Source: Acidobacteriota bacterium
GTDB lineage: Bacteria > Acidobacteriota > UBA890 > WLXD01
DNA: 64,000 nucleotides
Reading direction: 5' to 3'
Assembly (NCBI GenBank): GCA_965205505.1
Contig: CBDBHB010000008.1
Location: 192,001 to 256,000 of the forward strand
A program made the translations under genes and the position numbers. Below the pieces are notes generated by a model. It was not told the origin of the DNA. It searched no databases and worked only from the letters and a program-made list of their open reading frames with translations. Shown piece after piece: positions 23,027-32,358 of this stretch. Every line of letters starts with the position of its first letter. The stretch's first letter is position 1.

Positions 23027-23629
23027 TCAGTCAGCAAAGTCGGCGAAATTGAGGCCGATCGCCGCTTCTGCTTGAACAACGTCGCCAGCAATCGTGTGTC
23101 CGAAGAAACGCACGGTGGCCGTGGCCTGGATGTTTACGAAGCCGGTGACGGGCTCGAACCCAGGCAGAATCAGATGCGAGAGTGGCGGCTGGCTCTTGTG
23201 GGTCGACGGAACCAGCACCAGGGTGAGGCCGGTGATCGTCTCGGTGGGTGAGCCATGGGGCGTCACGCGGACCTTGGCGCTGAGGGCGCGCTGGAATCCT
23301 GGCGGTTTGACGGTTCCCCCATCCGTGCGGTTGAACGTCACCTCATAGCGCTCGAGAAGGATGTCCTGTAGCGCCGGTTGCGATAGGTCGGACGGGTTCT
23401 TCATCCGCGCGATGAGCGTGACGCTGACAGAGTCCTCGGGCAGCGTTCCGTCCGTGCTGAGAATATCGCCGAAGGGTGCGTTGGCGGCCAGGAGGGACGA
23501 GACGATCAGGATGACGGGCGCCGGAGTGTTTCCCAGCCCGCCGCTGGTGCCGCAGCCCGCAACGGCGAGCACCAAGCTGCACACCGCCACGGTGGCCATT
23601 GCTCGTCGGGCACTCGATGGCATGGTCAC
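23027..23629 (-). CDS. Hypothetical lipoprotein in the pil operon
   Basis: Lipobox AVAG-C, beta-rich; overlaps the pilQ stop. Confidence 0.7.
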   Translation of the reverse strand: MTMPSSARRAMATVAVCSLVLAVAGCGTSGGLGNTPAPVILIVSSLLAANAPFGDILSTDGTLPEDSVSVTLIARMKNPSDLSQPALQDILLERYEVTFNRTDGGTVKPPGFQRALSAKVRVTPHGSPTETITGLTLVLVPSTHKSQPPLSHLILPGFEPVTGFVNIQATATVRFFGHTIAGDVVQAEAAIGLNFADFAD

Positions 23630-25096
23630 TGCTCCAAGATCCGTGGCGTGATGAAGATGAGCAACTCGTTGTTTGTCTGCTCGGTCTTGCGGCTCTTGAA
23701 AAGGGAGCCGAGCAGCGGAATGCGGTGAAAGAACGGCACCCGCGATTCCTGCTCGGTAGAGGTCATCTGGAAGATGCCGCCGATGACCGTGGTGCCACCA
23801 TCGCGCACGAGGAGCTTGGTCTCGGCACGGCGCGTGAAGATGGTTGGAATCCCCAGGACCGCGTTACCGAAGTCGGGCTCGCTCTTGTCGACCACGATGT
23901 CGAGCATGATGGTCTGCTCTGAGGTGATTTGCGGCGTGACTTCGAGCCGCAGCTGGGCGTTGATAAAGGTGATCGAGGCGGTGTTGTCGATCAGGGTCTG
24001 CACCGGGATCCGGCGACCGCTCTCGATCGATGCTCGGACGTTGTCCTGGGCAGTGACCTTGGGCGACGAGATGATCTTGCCGCGTCCCTCTTCCTCCATG
24101 GCCGATAACGCCACGTCGAGTCGGAAGGTATCGAGGATGTTGCCCATCGTCAGAGCAACGCCGGTCGTAGCGTTCTGTGAGGGCAGATTCACGGCGAATG
24201 GAACGCCGCCCGTCCCCACCTGCTGAGTGAGGCCGAGCGGGTTGTTGAGACCCTGGATCCCGATGTTGTTGGGGAAAACCAGACCGGTGGTGTTGCCGTG
24301 CTGGGCATCGGCCACGCCGCTGAAGCCCCACTGGATGCCGAGCTCGCGACCGAATTCCTTGGTGGTTTCGACGATGCGCGATTCGATTAACACCTGGGGC
24401 GCTGCGACATCCAGCGTGGTCACCAGGCCGAGGATCGCGTCGAACGATTCGGCGGTGTCTTTGATGATCAGAGTGTTGGTGCGCGTGTCGACCATGACCT
24501 CGCCCCGCTGCGACAGCTGCGCCTCGATAATCGGCACCAGGTTCGCGGCGGTGGCGTAGGACAGTCGCGTGGTATGGGTCTCCAACGGAGACGCTAGCTC
24601 CGCCTGGTTGGCGAGTCGGGCGCGGTCTTCAGCCTCGTCGGCCATACGGCTCAGCGACGAAACTCTGACGATGTTCTCGTCGATGCTGAAGCTCAGCTGG
24701 TGGGCGCGCAGGATCGCCTGGAATGCCGTATCCCAAGCAACGTCGAAAAAGCTGACCGTCACCGGGCCCGAGACTTCAGGGTCGACCACCACGTTGAGAC
24801 CCGTGAGGTTGGAGAAGAAACGCGTCACGTCGCGGATATCTGTGTCGACAAAGTTGATGCTGATCGAAACGCCTTGGAGGTCGCCTTGCGCCAGGATGTC
24901 GGACTCCGTCGGCAACTGTCCGGCAGCGATCCGCTGTTCAACTGGGATCTCCGCTTGGCCCGTGGCCAGTGGTAGCTGTGCAAACGCATCCGCGATGGGG
25001 TACTGGCAGCAGGGTGATGGAAACAGCCACCACCACAGCTGCCAGGCGTCGCCGTTGACGGCTCCGGCAACCTGTCGAACGGGAATGTGCGCCCAT
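23626..25096 (-). CDS. pilQ: Type IV pilus secretin PilQ (short form without AMIN domains); +1 frameshift near 24997-25000 separates the signal peptide
   Basis: N0/N3 and secretin domains (VDTRTNTLII, QVLIESRIV, ISSPKVTAQDN, GGTTVIGGI, ELLIFITPRI); 25096-23626 is 3n+1. Confidence 0.88.
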
Positions 25097-25102
25097 GGCC
25101 AC

Positions 25103-25780
25103 TTACTCTCCCGCGTCCTTAACCAGTCGTTTGATCACCTGGCGCTTGCTTCGCGCACCCAGAAGGTCTTCGACCTCCTGCTCGAACACGATCTCGTGCT
25201 CGTTGATCGTCACGATGCGGCCGTCGTACAACTCGGTGCCAACTTCGGCGAAGTACGTGCGCCGGTCGAGCCCAATGAGCATGGCGTGCCAACGCCCCTG
25301 GAACTCGGCCAGGGCCGAGATGCCTATCTCACCGAGCATGAAGCCCGCTAACCCTGGAGGCCGCAGCGTTGGCGCGCTGAGCTCGCGCTGACGGAGCAGC
25401 AGGAGGCTGCGAAAGGGGTCGCGGCGGCCGCCCGCGTTGTACACGAAGTTCTGCCCGCTCAAGATCATCTGCTGCTCAGCCAGGATCCGCTCGATGAGGC
25501 GCACCGCTTGCTCCTCGTCGTTGGTCATGCCGGCGCTGATCACCGGCAGCTCACCCGGATCGATCAACGCAGGGTGCTCGGGCTCCGCGTCCGGATCGAC
25601 TTCGGCGTCATCCGATTCCTGCGACTCTGGCAGACCCTCTTGCTGGATCGCGGCCACTGCGGTGCCCCCTGTCCGCGCAGGCGTGAGCCGGGCCGCGGCG
25701 ACAAGGCTGCCTTGCGCCATCATCAATACGACAAGCTCCGAACCTGCGTTCCTTCGCCAGGACCCACATCGAAAGCTCAT
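25103..25780 (-). CDS. pilP: PilP-like type IV pilus assembly protein
   Basis: Y...GRRDPF motif and position between pilO and pilQ. Confidence 0.75.
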   Translation of the reverse strand: MSFRCGSWRRNAGSELVVLMMAQGSLVAAARLTPARTGGTAVAAIQQEGLPESQESDDAEVDPDAEPEHPALIDPGELPVISAGMTNDEEQAVRLIERILAEQQMILSGQNFVYNAGGRRDPFRSLLLLRQRELSAPTLRPPGLAGFMLGEIGISALAEFQGRWHAMLIGLDRRTYFAEVGTELYDGRIVTINEHEIVFEQEVEDLLGARSKRQVIKRLVKDAGE

Positions 25781-26379
25781 TGAGCCACCATCTCCTCGAA
25801 CTCGTCGGCGGCGAGATTGTCGAACTCGTCTTCCACGAAGATGAACGTCATTGCGGTTACCGTGGCCTCGACTGACGCGTCGGTGCCGTCCAACGCCGAG
25901 ATGGCAACTTCGTCGACGTTGATGATGCGTGCGAACTTGCCGATCCGATCGAAGAAACGCGCCAGATCGTGATAGGTGCCGGTGAGCTCGAGCTCGATCG
26001 GCGACTCGGCATAGAATTCGTGCGGAACCGGGTCACGGAACTCGAGGTCGCGGATGTCGAGATTCGACTGTGCCGCGAGCGTCCCCACACCGCGCAGCAG
26101 GTCGGCGGTCTCGTACTCTTCCGGCAGAATGTGCGCCAAGACTTGGAGGCGGCGGTCGAGGGCGGAAAGCTCCTCGCGAAGCTCCGGCAGGCTGTCGGCG
26201 ACCGCCTGTATTTGCTGCACCTCGATCTTGAGGCTAGCGATTTCGTTCTCTGTTTGAGTGATCTCCCGGGAGGTCGAGCGCCAGAACTGCATGTAGTACA
26301 TGCCGACGAGCGCCAAGCACAGGGCGACCGACACAAGCCACTGCTTTTTCGGTGACAGGTCGTTCATGGACAACGCCAT
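25777..26379 (-). CDS. pilO: Type IV pilus assembly protein PilO
   Basis: TM + coiled coil + ILP..E...GTYHDLARFFDRIGKFARIINV. Confidence 0.9.
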   Translation of the reverse strand: MALSMNDLSPKKQWLVSVALCLALVGMYYMQFWRSTSREITQTENEIASLKIEVQQIQAVADSLPELREELSALDRRLQVLAHILPEEYETADLLRGVGTLAAQSNLDIRDLEFRDPVPHEFYAESPIELELTGTYHDLARFFDRIGKFARIINVDEVAISALDGTDASVEATVTAMTFIFVEDEFDNLAADEFEEMVAQ

Positions 26380-26989
26380 CAGCCCCCCCGCCGACGGCCG
26401 GGGTCGTCGGCTCCTGTACAGAAGACACGTTGTTCGCCTTGAAGACCAGAGTGATCTGGAAGCTCACTGTCTCGCCGGAGTTACCCATCGTGCGCAGGCG
26501 CACTTGCTCGAAATACCGCGAGGCCTGGAGGTTGGTGAGAAAGCCGGCCACAGGGTTGTCCGACAGAGCCGCTCCGCGGAGCGTGACGTCACCGCTGGCA
26601 AGATCGAGCTTGGTCAGCCAGAGCCCATCGGTAACCAGCCGGATGATTTCATCGAGCAACATTACTGGGCCTGTCTGATTGGCTTTGAGCTCGACGATGA
26701 CCTCGAGCTTCTGGCGTAGCAGATCGGTGCGGTCTTGTAGCGCGTCCACCTGGTCCGCTACCTCCTGGACCCGGGCGCGCTCGGACTGTACGAGCGCGAG
26801 CTCGGTTCGCATCCGCTTGAGCGTGCCGCTCTGAGACCACCAGGCGAATCCGATGCCCAGCAGCATGACAACGAACATCCCCGCAATGCCCGCCTGCACC
26901 GCGCCAACCGAGAACTCCGGCAGCCGGATGGCGCGCAGACCCTTGCTTTTCTTGGCGGAATCGGCGCCCAGCAGGTTGATACAAATCAT
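26234..26989 (-). CDS. pilN: Type IV pilus assembly protein PilN (natural stop probably TGA at 26379-26381, out of frame by one G)
   Basis: MICINLL N-terminal PilM-binding motif, TM, coiled coil, LWLT...LRGAA. Confidence 0.88.
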   Translation of the reverse strand: MICINLLGADSAKKSKGLRAIRLPEFSVGAVQAGIAGMFVVMLLGIGFAWWSQSGTLKRMRTELALVQSERARVQEVADQVDALQDRTDLLRQKLEVIVELKANQTGPVMLLDEIIRLVTDGLWLTKLDLASGDVTLRGAALSDNPVAGFLTNLQASRYFEQVRLRTMGNSGETVSFQITLVFKANNVSSVQEPTTPAVGGGADGVVHERPVTEKAVACVGRPVLGARRHVLHAVLALDLPGDHSNRERNR

Positions 26990-26996
26990 CGTTCCT

Positions 26997-28139
26997 TTAC
27001 TCCGTCACGCCACGTAGCGCCAGACCCAGCGCAACGGTCGATTCGGGGCCGGTCTCCCAGACGTACTCCGGATCGAAGCCCCCGTCGGGTATCGAGATCC
27101 GCCGCATCGGATCGAACTGTTCGACCGGCCATCCGAGCCGCTCCTCGAGGCGAACGGCCAAGTCGGTGATATGAGCACCGCCGCCAGCCAGAAAAATTGC
27201 GTCGAGACGATCGCGTACCGCCTGGATCTGGTAAAAGTCGAACGTCTTACGGATCTCGGTGATGATCTGGTCGGAGACCTGGCCAATGGCCTCGAGCACA
27301 CGCGGATCGGTGGCGGCATCGCGCAGTTCCGAGCCCGCCTCGTCGTCGTCGCTCCACTCGGCGAGTCCGCGGTCTTTGTCCTGCGGCCCGCCGGTGGCGC
27401 TCTCGCGGCTGACCCGTCGCAGGACCTCTTCGGCGTCGAACGGATCGAGCATGAACTGACGCTGCAACGCCGCGGTATACCGGTTCATTCCCACGGCGAT
27501 GTCGCGCCAAAAGGTCGGCCTGCCACCCTCGAGCACCGCCATGTTGATCACCGATGCGCCCAGGTTGAGGATCGCGACGTCCTCGAACTGGCGCTCGGGA
27601 TAGCTGAACTCGAAGGCGTTCTGCACGGCGAACGCGTCGATATCCATGATCGTCGCGGTCCGCGTGGCCGCCTCGATAGCCGCAACATGCTCGTCTACAC
27701 AATCTCTCTTGGCTGCCACGAGGACGACGTCCATGGTGTCCTTCTCTTCGTCGTCGTCGAGCACCGCGAAGTCCAGGTCGACATCGTTGATCTCGAACGG
27801 GATGTACTCCGCGGCATCTGAGGACAGCGATTCCCGGAACTCGTCGGGATCCTGGCGCCTCGTAGTCAGGCGCCGCACGATGACCGCGTTACCCGAAACC
27901 GATGCGGCGACGTATCGGGTACGGATCTTGTGCTGGTCGAAAAGCTCCACGATGGTCTGGGCGACGGCCGTCTGGTCGACGATCACGCCATCGACGACGG
28001 CCTCGCTCGGAAGCTCGGCGGTGGCGAAGTGAGTGAGCTCGAAAGGCAAGTCGCCCTTGACGCTGCGTACGGCGACCAACTTGACCGCGTACGAGCCGAT
28101 ATCGAGCCCTACAATTTGTCGGGTCCGGCTCAGGAACAT
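26997..28139 (-). CDS. pilM: Type IV pilus assembly protein PilM
   Basis: VGLDIGSYAVK, YIPF, VLVAAKR, IFLAGGGA, ALGLALRG (actin/FtsA-like fold). Confidence 0.93.
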   Translation of the reverse strand: MFLSRTRQIVGLDIGSYAVKLVAVRSVKGDLPFELTHFATAELPSEAVVDGVIVDQTAVAQTIVELFDQHKIRTRYVAASVSGNAVIVRRLTTRRQDPDEFRESLSSDAAEYIPFEINDVDLDFAVLDDDEEKDTMDVVLVAAKRDCVDEHVAAIEAATRTATIMDIDAFAVQNAFEFSYPERQFEDVAILNLGASVINMAVLEGGRPTFWRDIAVGMNRYTAALQRQFMLDPFDAEEVLRRVSRESATGGPQDKDRGLAEWSDDDEAGSELRDAATDPRVLEAIGQVSDQIITEIRKTFDFYQIQAVRDRLDAIFLAGGGAHITDLAVRLEERLGWPVEQFDPMRRISIPDGGFDPEYVWETGPESTVALGLALRGVTE

Positions 28140-28186
28140 GAATTCCCACCCCAGAACGGACCCAGCTTGCTTTTCGCCCGTCCATA

Positions 28187-28216
28187 TTTGTAAACGTCGG
28201 TGGTGGGCAGTGTCAA
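28187..28216 (-). promoter_or_regulatory. Candidate sigma70 promoter of the pil operon
   Basis: Minus strand TTGACA-N18-TACAAA about 50 nt upstream of the pilM ATG. Confidence 0.5.
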
Positions 28217-28398
28217 GCGCCCCCACGAAGTTTTGCCTCCGTATGCACATCAGAACGCAAACGAAGCCAACCGGATCTACCAGGGTGGAGGGCGGAGTCT
28301 CCCGGCCTACCTCACCCGATTAGACGGCCATCGGAAGCAACGATCCGGAGCTGCCCAGACCTCGGACGTGGCGCCGCGGGGTCAGGGCGACGCCGTGG

Positions 28399-28791
28399 TC
28401 ATGCGGTAGCGACGGCGTCGATCTCGACCCGCACGTCCTTCGGTAACCGTGCCACCTCCACCGTGGCACGCGCCGGGGGCGCGTCGCCGAAGTACTCACC
28501 GTACGCGGCGTTGACCTCGGCGAAGTCGCCCATGTCGACCAGAAAGATGGTCGTTTTGACGACCCGGTCGAAGCTGCTGCCGGCGGCCTCCAGCACTGCG
28601 GCCAGGTTGGCCATCACGCGGTGTACCTGGTCGGTGATCGAACCTTCGACGATGTCACCGGTGCTCGGGTCGATGGGGATCTGGCCCGATAAGAACACCA
28701 GGCGGCCAGCTCCCAGATCGATGTCGGTGGCCTGAGAGTACGGACCCAGAGCACCCGGGGCGTTGTCGGTATGAATGGCGCGATGGCTCAA
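28399..28791 (-). CDS. ridA: RidA/YjgF enamine deaminase
   Basis: APGALGPYSQA, SGQIPIDP, VVKTTIFL, PARATVEVARLPKDVRVEID. Confidence 0.93.
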   Translation of the reverse strand: MSHRAIHTDNAPGALGPYSQATDIDLGAGRLVFLSGQIPIDPSTGDIVEGSITDQVHRVMANLAAVLEAAGSSFDRVVKTTIFLVDMGDFAEVNAAYGEYFGDAPPARATVEVARLPKDVRVEIDAVATA

Positions 28792-28831
28792 GTAACCTCC
28801 GCGAACGGTTGGCTATGACCTGCCAATTATC

Positions 28832-28864
28832 CTAGCAGGCCGTGGTGGAAGTGTGGCCTGCTAG
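28832..28864. repeat. Collapsed MITE family 2 element (33 bp) at the rel stop codon
   Basis: CTAGCAGGCCGTGGTGGAAGTGTGGCCTGCTAG. Confidence 0.8.
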
Positions 28865-31050
28865 GGAACGCGACCGCGGTGTACTGACCGGACACCCTCG
28901 ATGATCTCGATCGCGGCCACCAGCGTGCGTAGATGCTGACTGTCCGTCACGTCGAGAATCAAATCCACTCGCCCCTTGTATCCTTCGAGCTTCGACTCGA
29001 TGTGTCGGATGTTGGCGCCGCCCTCGGCGATCTTCGAGGTGAGCGCGGCGAACAAGCCGGGGCGGTCGTCGAACTCGACCCGCAGCCGAACGGGAAGGAC
29101 GCTGCCTTCCTCCCCCTTCCAGACAACGTCGATGCGTCGATCCTCGGTCTCCAGCAGCAGCCCGATATTTCCACAGCTAGTGGAGTGTACGGAAACACCC
29201 TTACCGCGGGTCACATAGCCCACTATGGCCTCCCCCGGAACCGGCCCGCAACAGCGGGCGCGATAGACCATGATGTCGTCCAGGCCTTTCACCTGGATGG
29301 CACCCTGGGCGCTCCAACCGAGCGCCCGATCCACCATTCGGCGCAGGCGAGAAGGCTCCCTCGTCGGCGCCTCGATCTTGTCAAGCGGTAGGATCTTTTC
29401 GATTAGCGGCCCTGCGGTAACCTTGCCGAAGCTCACGGCCACCAGCAGGTCCTCGGCACTCGAGGCACCGAACTGGGCGCCGATTCGCTCCAGGGTGCCG
29501 TCCGACATCAGCTTCTTGAGCCGCAGCCCGTACTTGCGGAACTCTTTCTCCAGGATCTTCCTTCCGAGCTCGAGGCTGCGGGCGCGCTCTTGCTTATTGA
29601 GCCAGTTACGAATCCGATTGCGAGCCCGCGAGGTCTCCACGAGATTGAGCCAATCGCGGCTCGGAGAGGCATCCTGCGCTGTGTTGATCTCGACGATATC
29701 GCCGTTACGCAGCTGCTGACGCAGCGGTACGAGCTTGCCGTTGATCTTGGCGCCGGTGCAGTGCTGCCCGATCTCCGTGTGGATCATGTAGGCGAAGTCG
29801 ATGGGCGTCGCACCCCGGGGCAGCGACTTGACGTCGCCGTCGGGGGTGAAGACGTAGACCTCGTCCGGGTACAGGTTGAGCTTCAACGATGACAGGAACT
29901 CGCCTGGGTCCGACACTTCACCCTGCGACTCCACCAGCTGGCGAAGCCACGCCAGCGGCTGAGTCTCCTCAGCGGTCGCATCCACGCCCTCCTTGTAAAG
30001 CCAGTGCGCCGCGATGCCCTCCTCGGCCACCCGATGCATCTCCTCGGTGCGGATCTGCACCTCGAACGGTCTGCCGCGATCCATCAACGTGGTATGAAGC
30101 GATTGGTACATGTTGCGCTTTGGCATCGCGATGAAATCTTTGAAGCGCCCGGGAAGCGGACTCCACTGGTTGTGCATGATGCCGAGCGCCGCATAACAGT
30201 TGCGGACGGTATCGGTGGTGATACGAAACGCGATCAGGTCGAATACCTGGTCGAAGTCCAGGTCGCGGTCGCGCATCTTGCGGTGCAGGCTAAGCAGCCC
30301 CTTGATGCGGTGGGCTGCGCGGCACGGAATGTCGTGGTCAGCGAGCGCCCCTTCGATCTCCCCTTTGATGCGCTCGGTGAAGTCTTTCCCGGCCCGGGTA
30401 CGCCCATCGACCAGCTTGTTGAGACGCTCGAAAGCCTCCGGCTCGAGGTGGGCGAACGCCAGATCCTCGAGCTCGGCCTGGATACGCCCCATGCCCAATC
30501 GGTGAGCCAGCGGTGCGTATATCTCGCTGGTCTCGCGCGCTATGCGACGGCGCGCATCGCTGCCTAGCCAACCGAGCGTGCGCATGTTGTGAAGCCGGTC
30601 GGCCAGCTTCACCAGCAACACCCGGGCATCCTCGACCATGGCCAACAGCAGCTTGCGATAATTGTCGGCTTGCTCGTGCGCCTTGGAAGTGAACTCGATC
30701 TGACCGATCTTGCTTACGCCCTCAACGAGCTTCGCGACCTCTTCGCCGAACAACTCCGCCAGCTCGTCTCGCGTAACGGCCGTGTCCTCGAGCACGTCGT
30801 GGAGCAGCGCAACCGCGATGCTGTTGGCGTCGAGGTGTAGCTCGGCGAGGATGCTCGCCGCCGCCACCGTGTGGTTGACGTACGGCTCGCCGGAGCGTCG
30901 GGCCTGGTCGCCGTGCGACGCGCACGCGAAGTCATGCGCCCTCGATATCAGATCCAGATCCTCCGCACGGTGCTGCCCGGCGAGCTGCTCCATCAGTCCG
31001 GCGAAGCTGCTCGCCTTGTCAGGCACTCCGGGTGCACTACGGGTGGACAT
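28861..31050 (-). CDS. rel: Bifunctional (p)ppGpp synthetase/hydrolase (long RSH)
   Basis: HD domain (HDVLED, KLADRLHNMRT), RFKD, YQSLHT, EVQIRT, TGS and ACT domains. Confidence 0.96.
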   Translation of the reverse strand: MSTRSAPGVPDKASSFAGLMEQLAGQHRAEDLDLISRAHDFACASHGDQARRSGEPYVNHTVAAASILAELHLDANSIAVALLHDVLEDTAVTRDELAELFGEEVAKLVEGVSKIGQIEFTSKAHEQADNYRKLLLAMVEDARVLLVKLADRLHNMRTLGWLGSDARRRIARETSEIYAPLAHRLGMGRIQAELEDLAFAHLEPEAFERLNKLVDGRTRAGKDFTERIKGEIEGALADHDIPCRAAHRIKGLLSLHRKMRDRDLDFDQVFDLIAFRITTDTVRNCYAALGIMHNQWSPLPGRFKDFIAMPKRNMYQSLHTTLMDRGRPFEVQIRTEEMHRVAEEGIAAHWLYKEGVDATAEETQPLAWLRQLVESQGEVSDPGEFLSSLKLNLYPDEVYVFTPDGDVKSLPRGATPIDFAYMIHTEIGQHCTGAKINGKLVPLRQQLRNGDIVEINTAQDASPSRDWLNLVETSRARNRIRNWLNKQERARSLELGRKILEKEFRKYGLRLKKLMSDGTLERIGAQFGASSAEDLLVAVSFGKVTAGPLIEKILPLDKIEAPTREPSRLRRMVDRALGWSAQGAIQVKGLDDIMVYRARCCGPVPGEAIVGYVTRGKGVSVHSTSCGNIGLLLETEDRRIDVVWKGEEGSVLPVRLRVEFDDRPGLFAALTSKIAEGGANIRHIESKLEGYKGRVDLILDVTDSQHLRTLVAAIEIIEGVRSVHRGRVP

Positions 31051-31189
31051 CGATATCGGGATTGCGGGATCGCGCAGGGCGGCCCATGAGGGATCCCGGC
31101 GCCCGGGACAGGCGCCGCTACGTCAGGATACCATCGAAACTGCGGCAATCGGCTTGGTGGTCGCGGGCTGTTGCAGCCCCCACCCGGGG

Positions 31190-32347
31190 TCAGTGTCGAC
31201 GCCGGGCCTGCTCGCGCGACTGCCACTCATAGACCAGCGGGCTGGCGATGAAGAGCGACGAGTAGGTTCCTACCAGCACGCCCACGAGCAACGCGAAGGA
31301 GAAGTCGTTGATCACCGGGCCGCCGTAGAGGAACACTGCGATCACCACGATCAACGTGGTCGTCGAGGTGAGCAGGGTGCGGGAGAGCGTTTGGTTCAAG
31401 CTGATGTTGATTCGCTCGTAGAGCGACGTCCGACGCAGCACGCTGGTGTTCTCGCGAACGCGGTCGAAGACCACGACGGTGTCGTTGAGTGAATAACCAA
31501 CGATGGTGAGGAACGCCGCTACGACCGGCAAGTTGAACTCTCGCCCCGCGATCACGAAGGCGCCGAGTACCACCAGCACATCGTGAACCAACGCCACGAC
31601 CGCCGCGATCCCGAACTTGAACTCGAATCGATAGCTGATGTAGGCGAGCATTCCGAACAATGCCCAGACCACCGCCTGAATTGTCCGTCGCCTCAGATCG
31701 TCCCCCACTTGCGGGCTGACCGACTGACTGTCGCGGATCGTGAAGCCGCCGAGGTGGGCGCGCGAGCGCAAGCTGTCGAGTACCGCGGCATCGAGCCCAG
31801 CCCCGGCCAGCGCGTCCCAATCGGTGAACAGGCCCACCGTCCGCTTGGCGTCCAATACCAGCTGAGCCTGGGCTTGATAGACGGTCTGAGCGCTCTCGAG
31901 ACCGGCATTCAGGTCGAGCTGTAGCGGATTGTGCTCCATTAACGAATCCAGCAGCTGGTCACGACCAGCCATGTTCAGGTCGAGTTGCGCCTCACTGGAC
32001 TCGCTCAGGCTACGGAAGGCCTCGGTGATCGCCGCCACCGCAACGTCCAACGCCTCCCCCTCCTCGACTCTCGGAGTGCGCACCAGAATCTCGTTAGAAC
32101 CCTGCTCGAACTCCTGGATGGTGGCCTCGGCCAGGCCCGATTCGGCCAGCGCGCGACGCAGCGTGACGAGGTCGGGAGGCTGGGCGAACTTTGCCACGAT
32201 CTGTGATCCGCCGGCGAAATCGATGCCCAGGGCCGGGCCTCGCACGAAGAAGGCCACCAGCCCTGCGCCGATCACGATCGCAGAAGCAACCAGGGCAATG
32301 TGGCGCATTCCGAGAAAGTCGAGATGGGTGGTGCGGAGAAGCCGCAT
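31190..32347 (-). CDS. secF: Protein translocase subunit SecF, with an inserted periplasmic domain
   Basis: GIDFAGG, VSPQVG, ALVHD, GYSLNDTVVVFDRVRE, GTYSSLFIA. Confidence 0.95.
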   Translation of the reverse strand: MRLLRTTHLDFLGMRHIALVASAIVIGAGLVAFFVRGPALGIDFAGGSQIVAKFAQPPDLVTLRRALAESGLAEATIQEFEQGSNEILVRTPRVEEGEALDVAVAAITEAFRSLSESSEAQLDLNMAGRDQLLDSLMEHNPLQLDLNAGLESAQTVYQAQAQLVLDAKRTVGLFTDWDALAGAGLDAAVLDSLRSRAHLGGFTIRDSQSVSPQVGDDLRRRTIQAVVWALFGMLAYISYRFEFKFGIAAVVALVHDVLVVLGAFVIAGREFNLPVVAAFLTIVGYSLNDTVVVFDRVRENTSVLRRTSLYERINISLNQTLSRTLLTSTTTLIVVIAVFLYGGPVINDFSFALLVGVLVGTYSSLFIASPLVYEWQSREQARRRH

Positions 32348-32358
32348 CGAATCGCCGT

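Noticed and set aside
21384-23075. Long plus-strand ORFs (563 and 497 aa) and many similar antisense ORFs
   Set aside because: Shadow frames of real genes in GC-rich DNA, with no recognisable motifs
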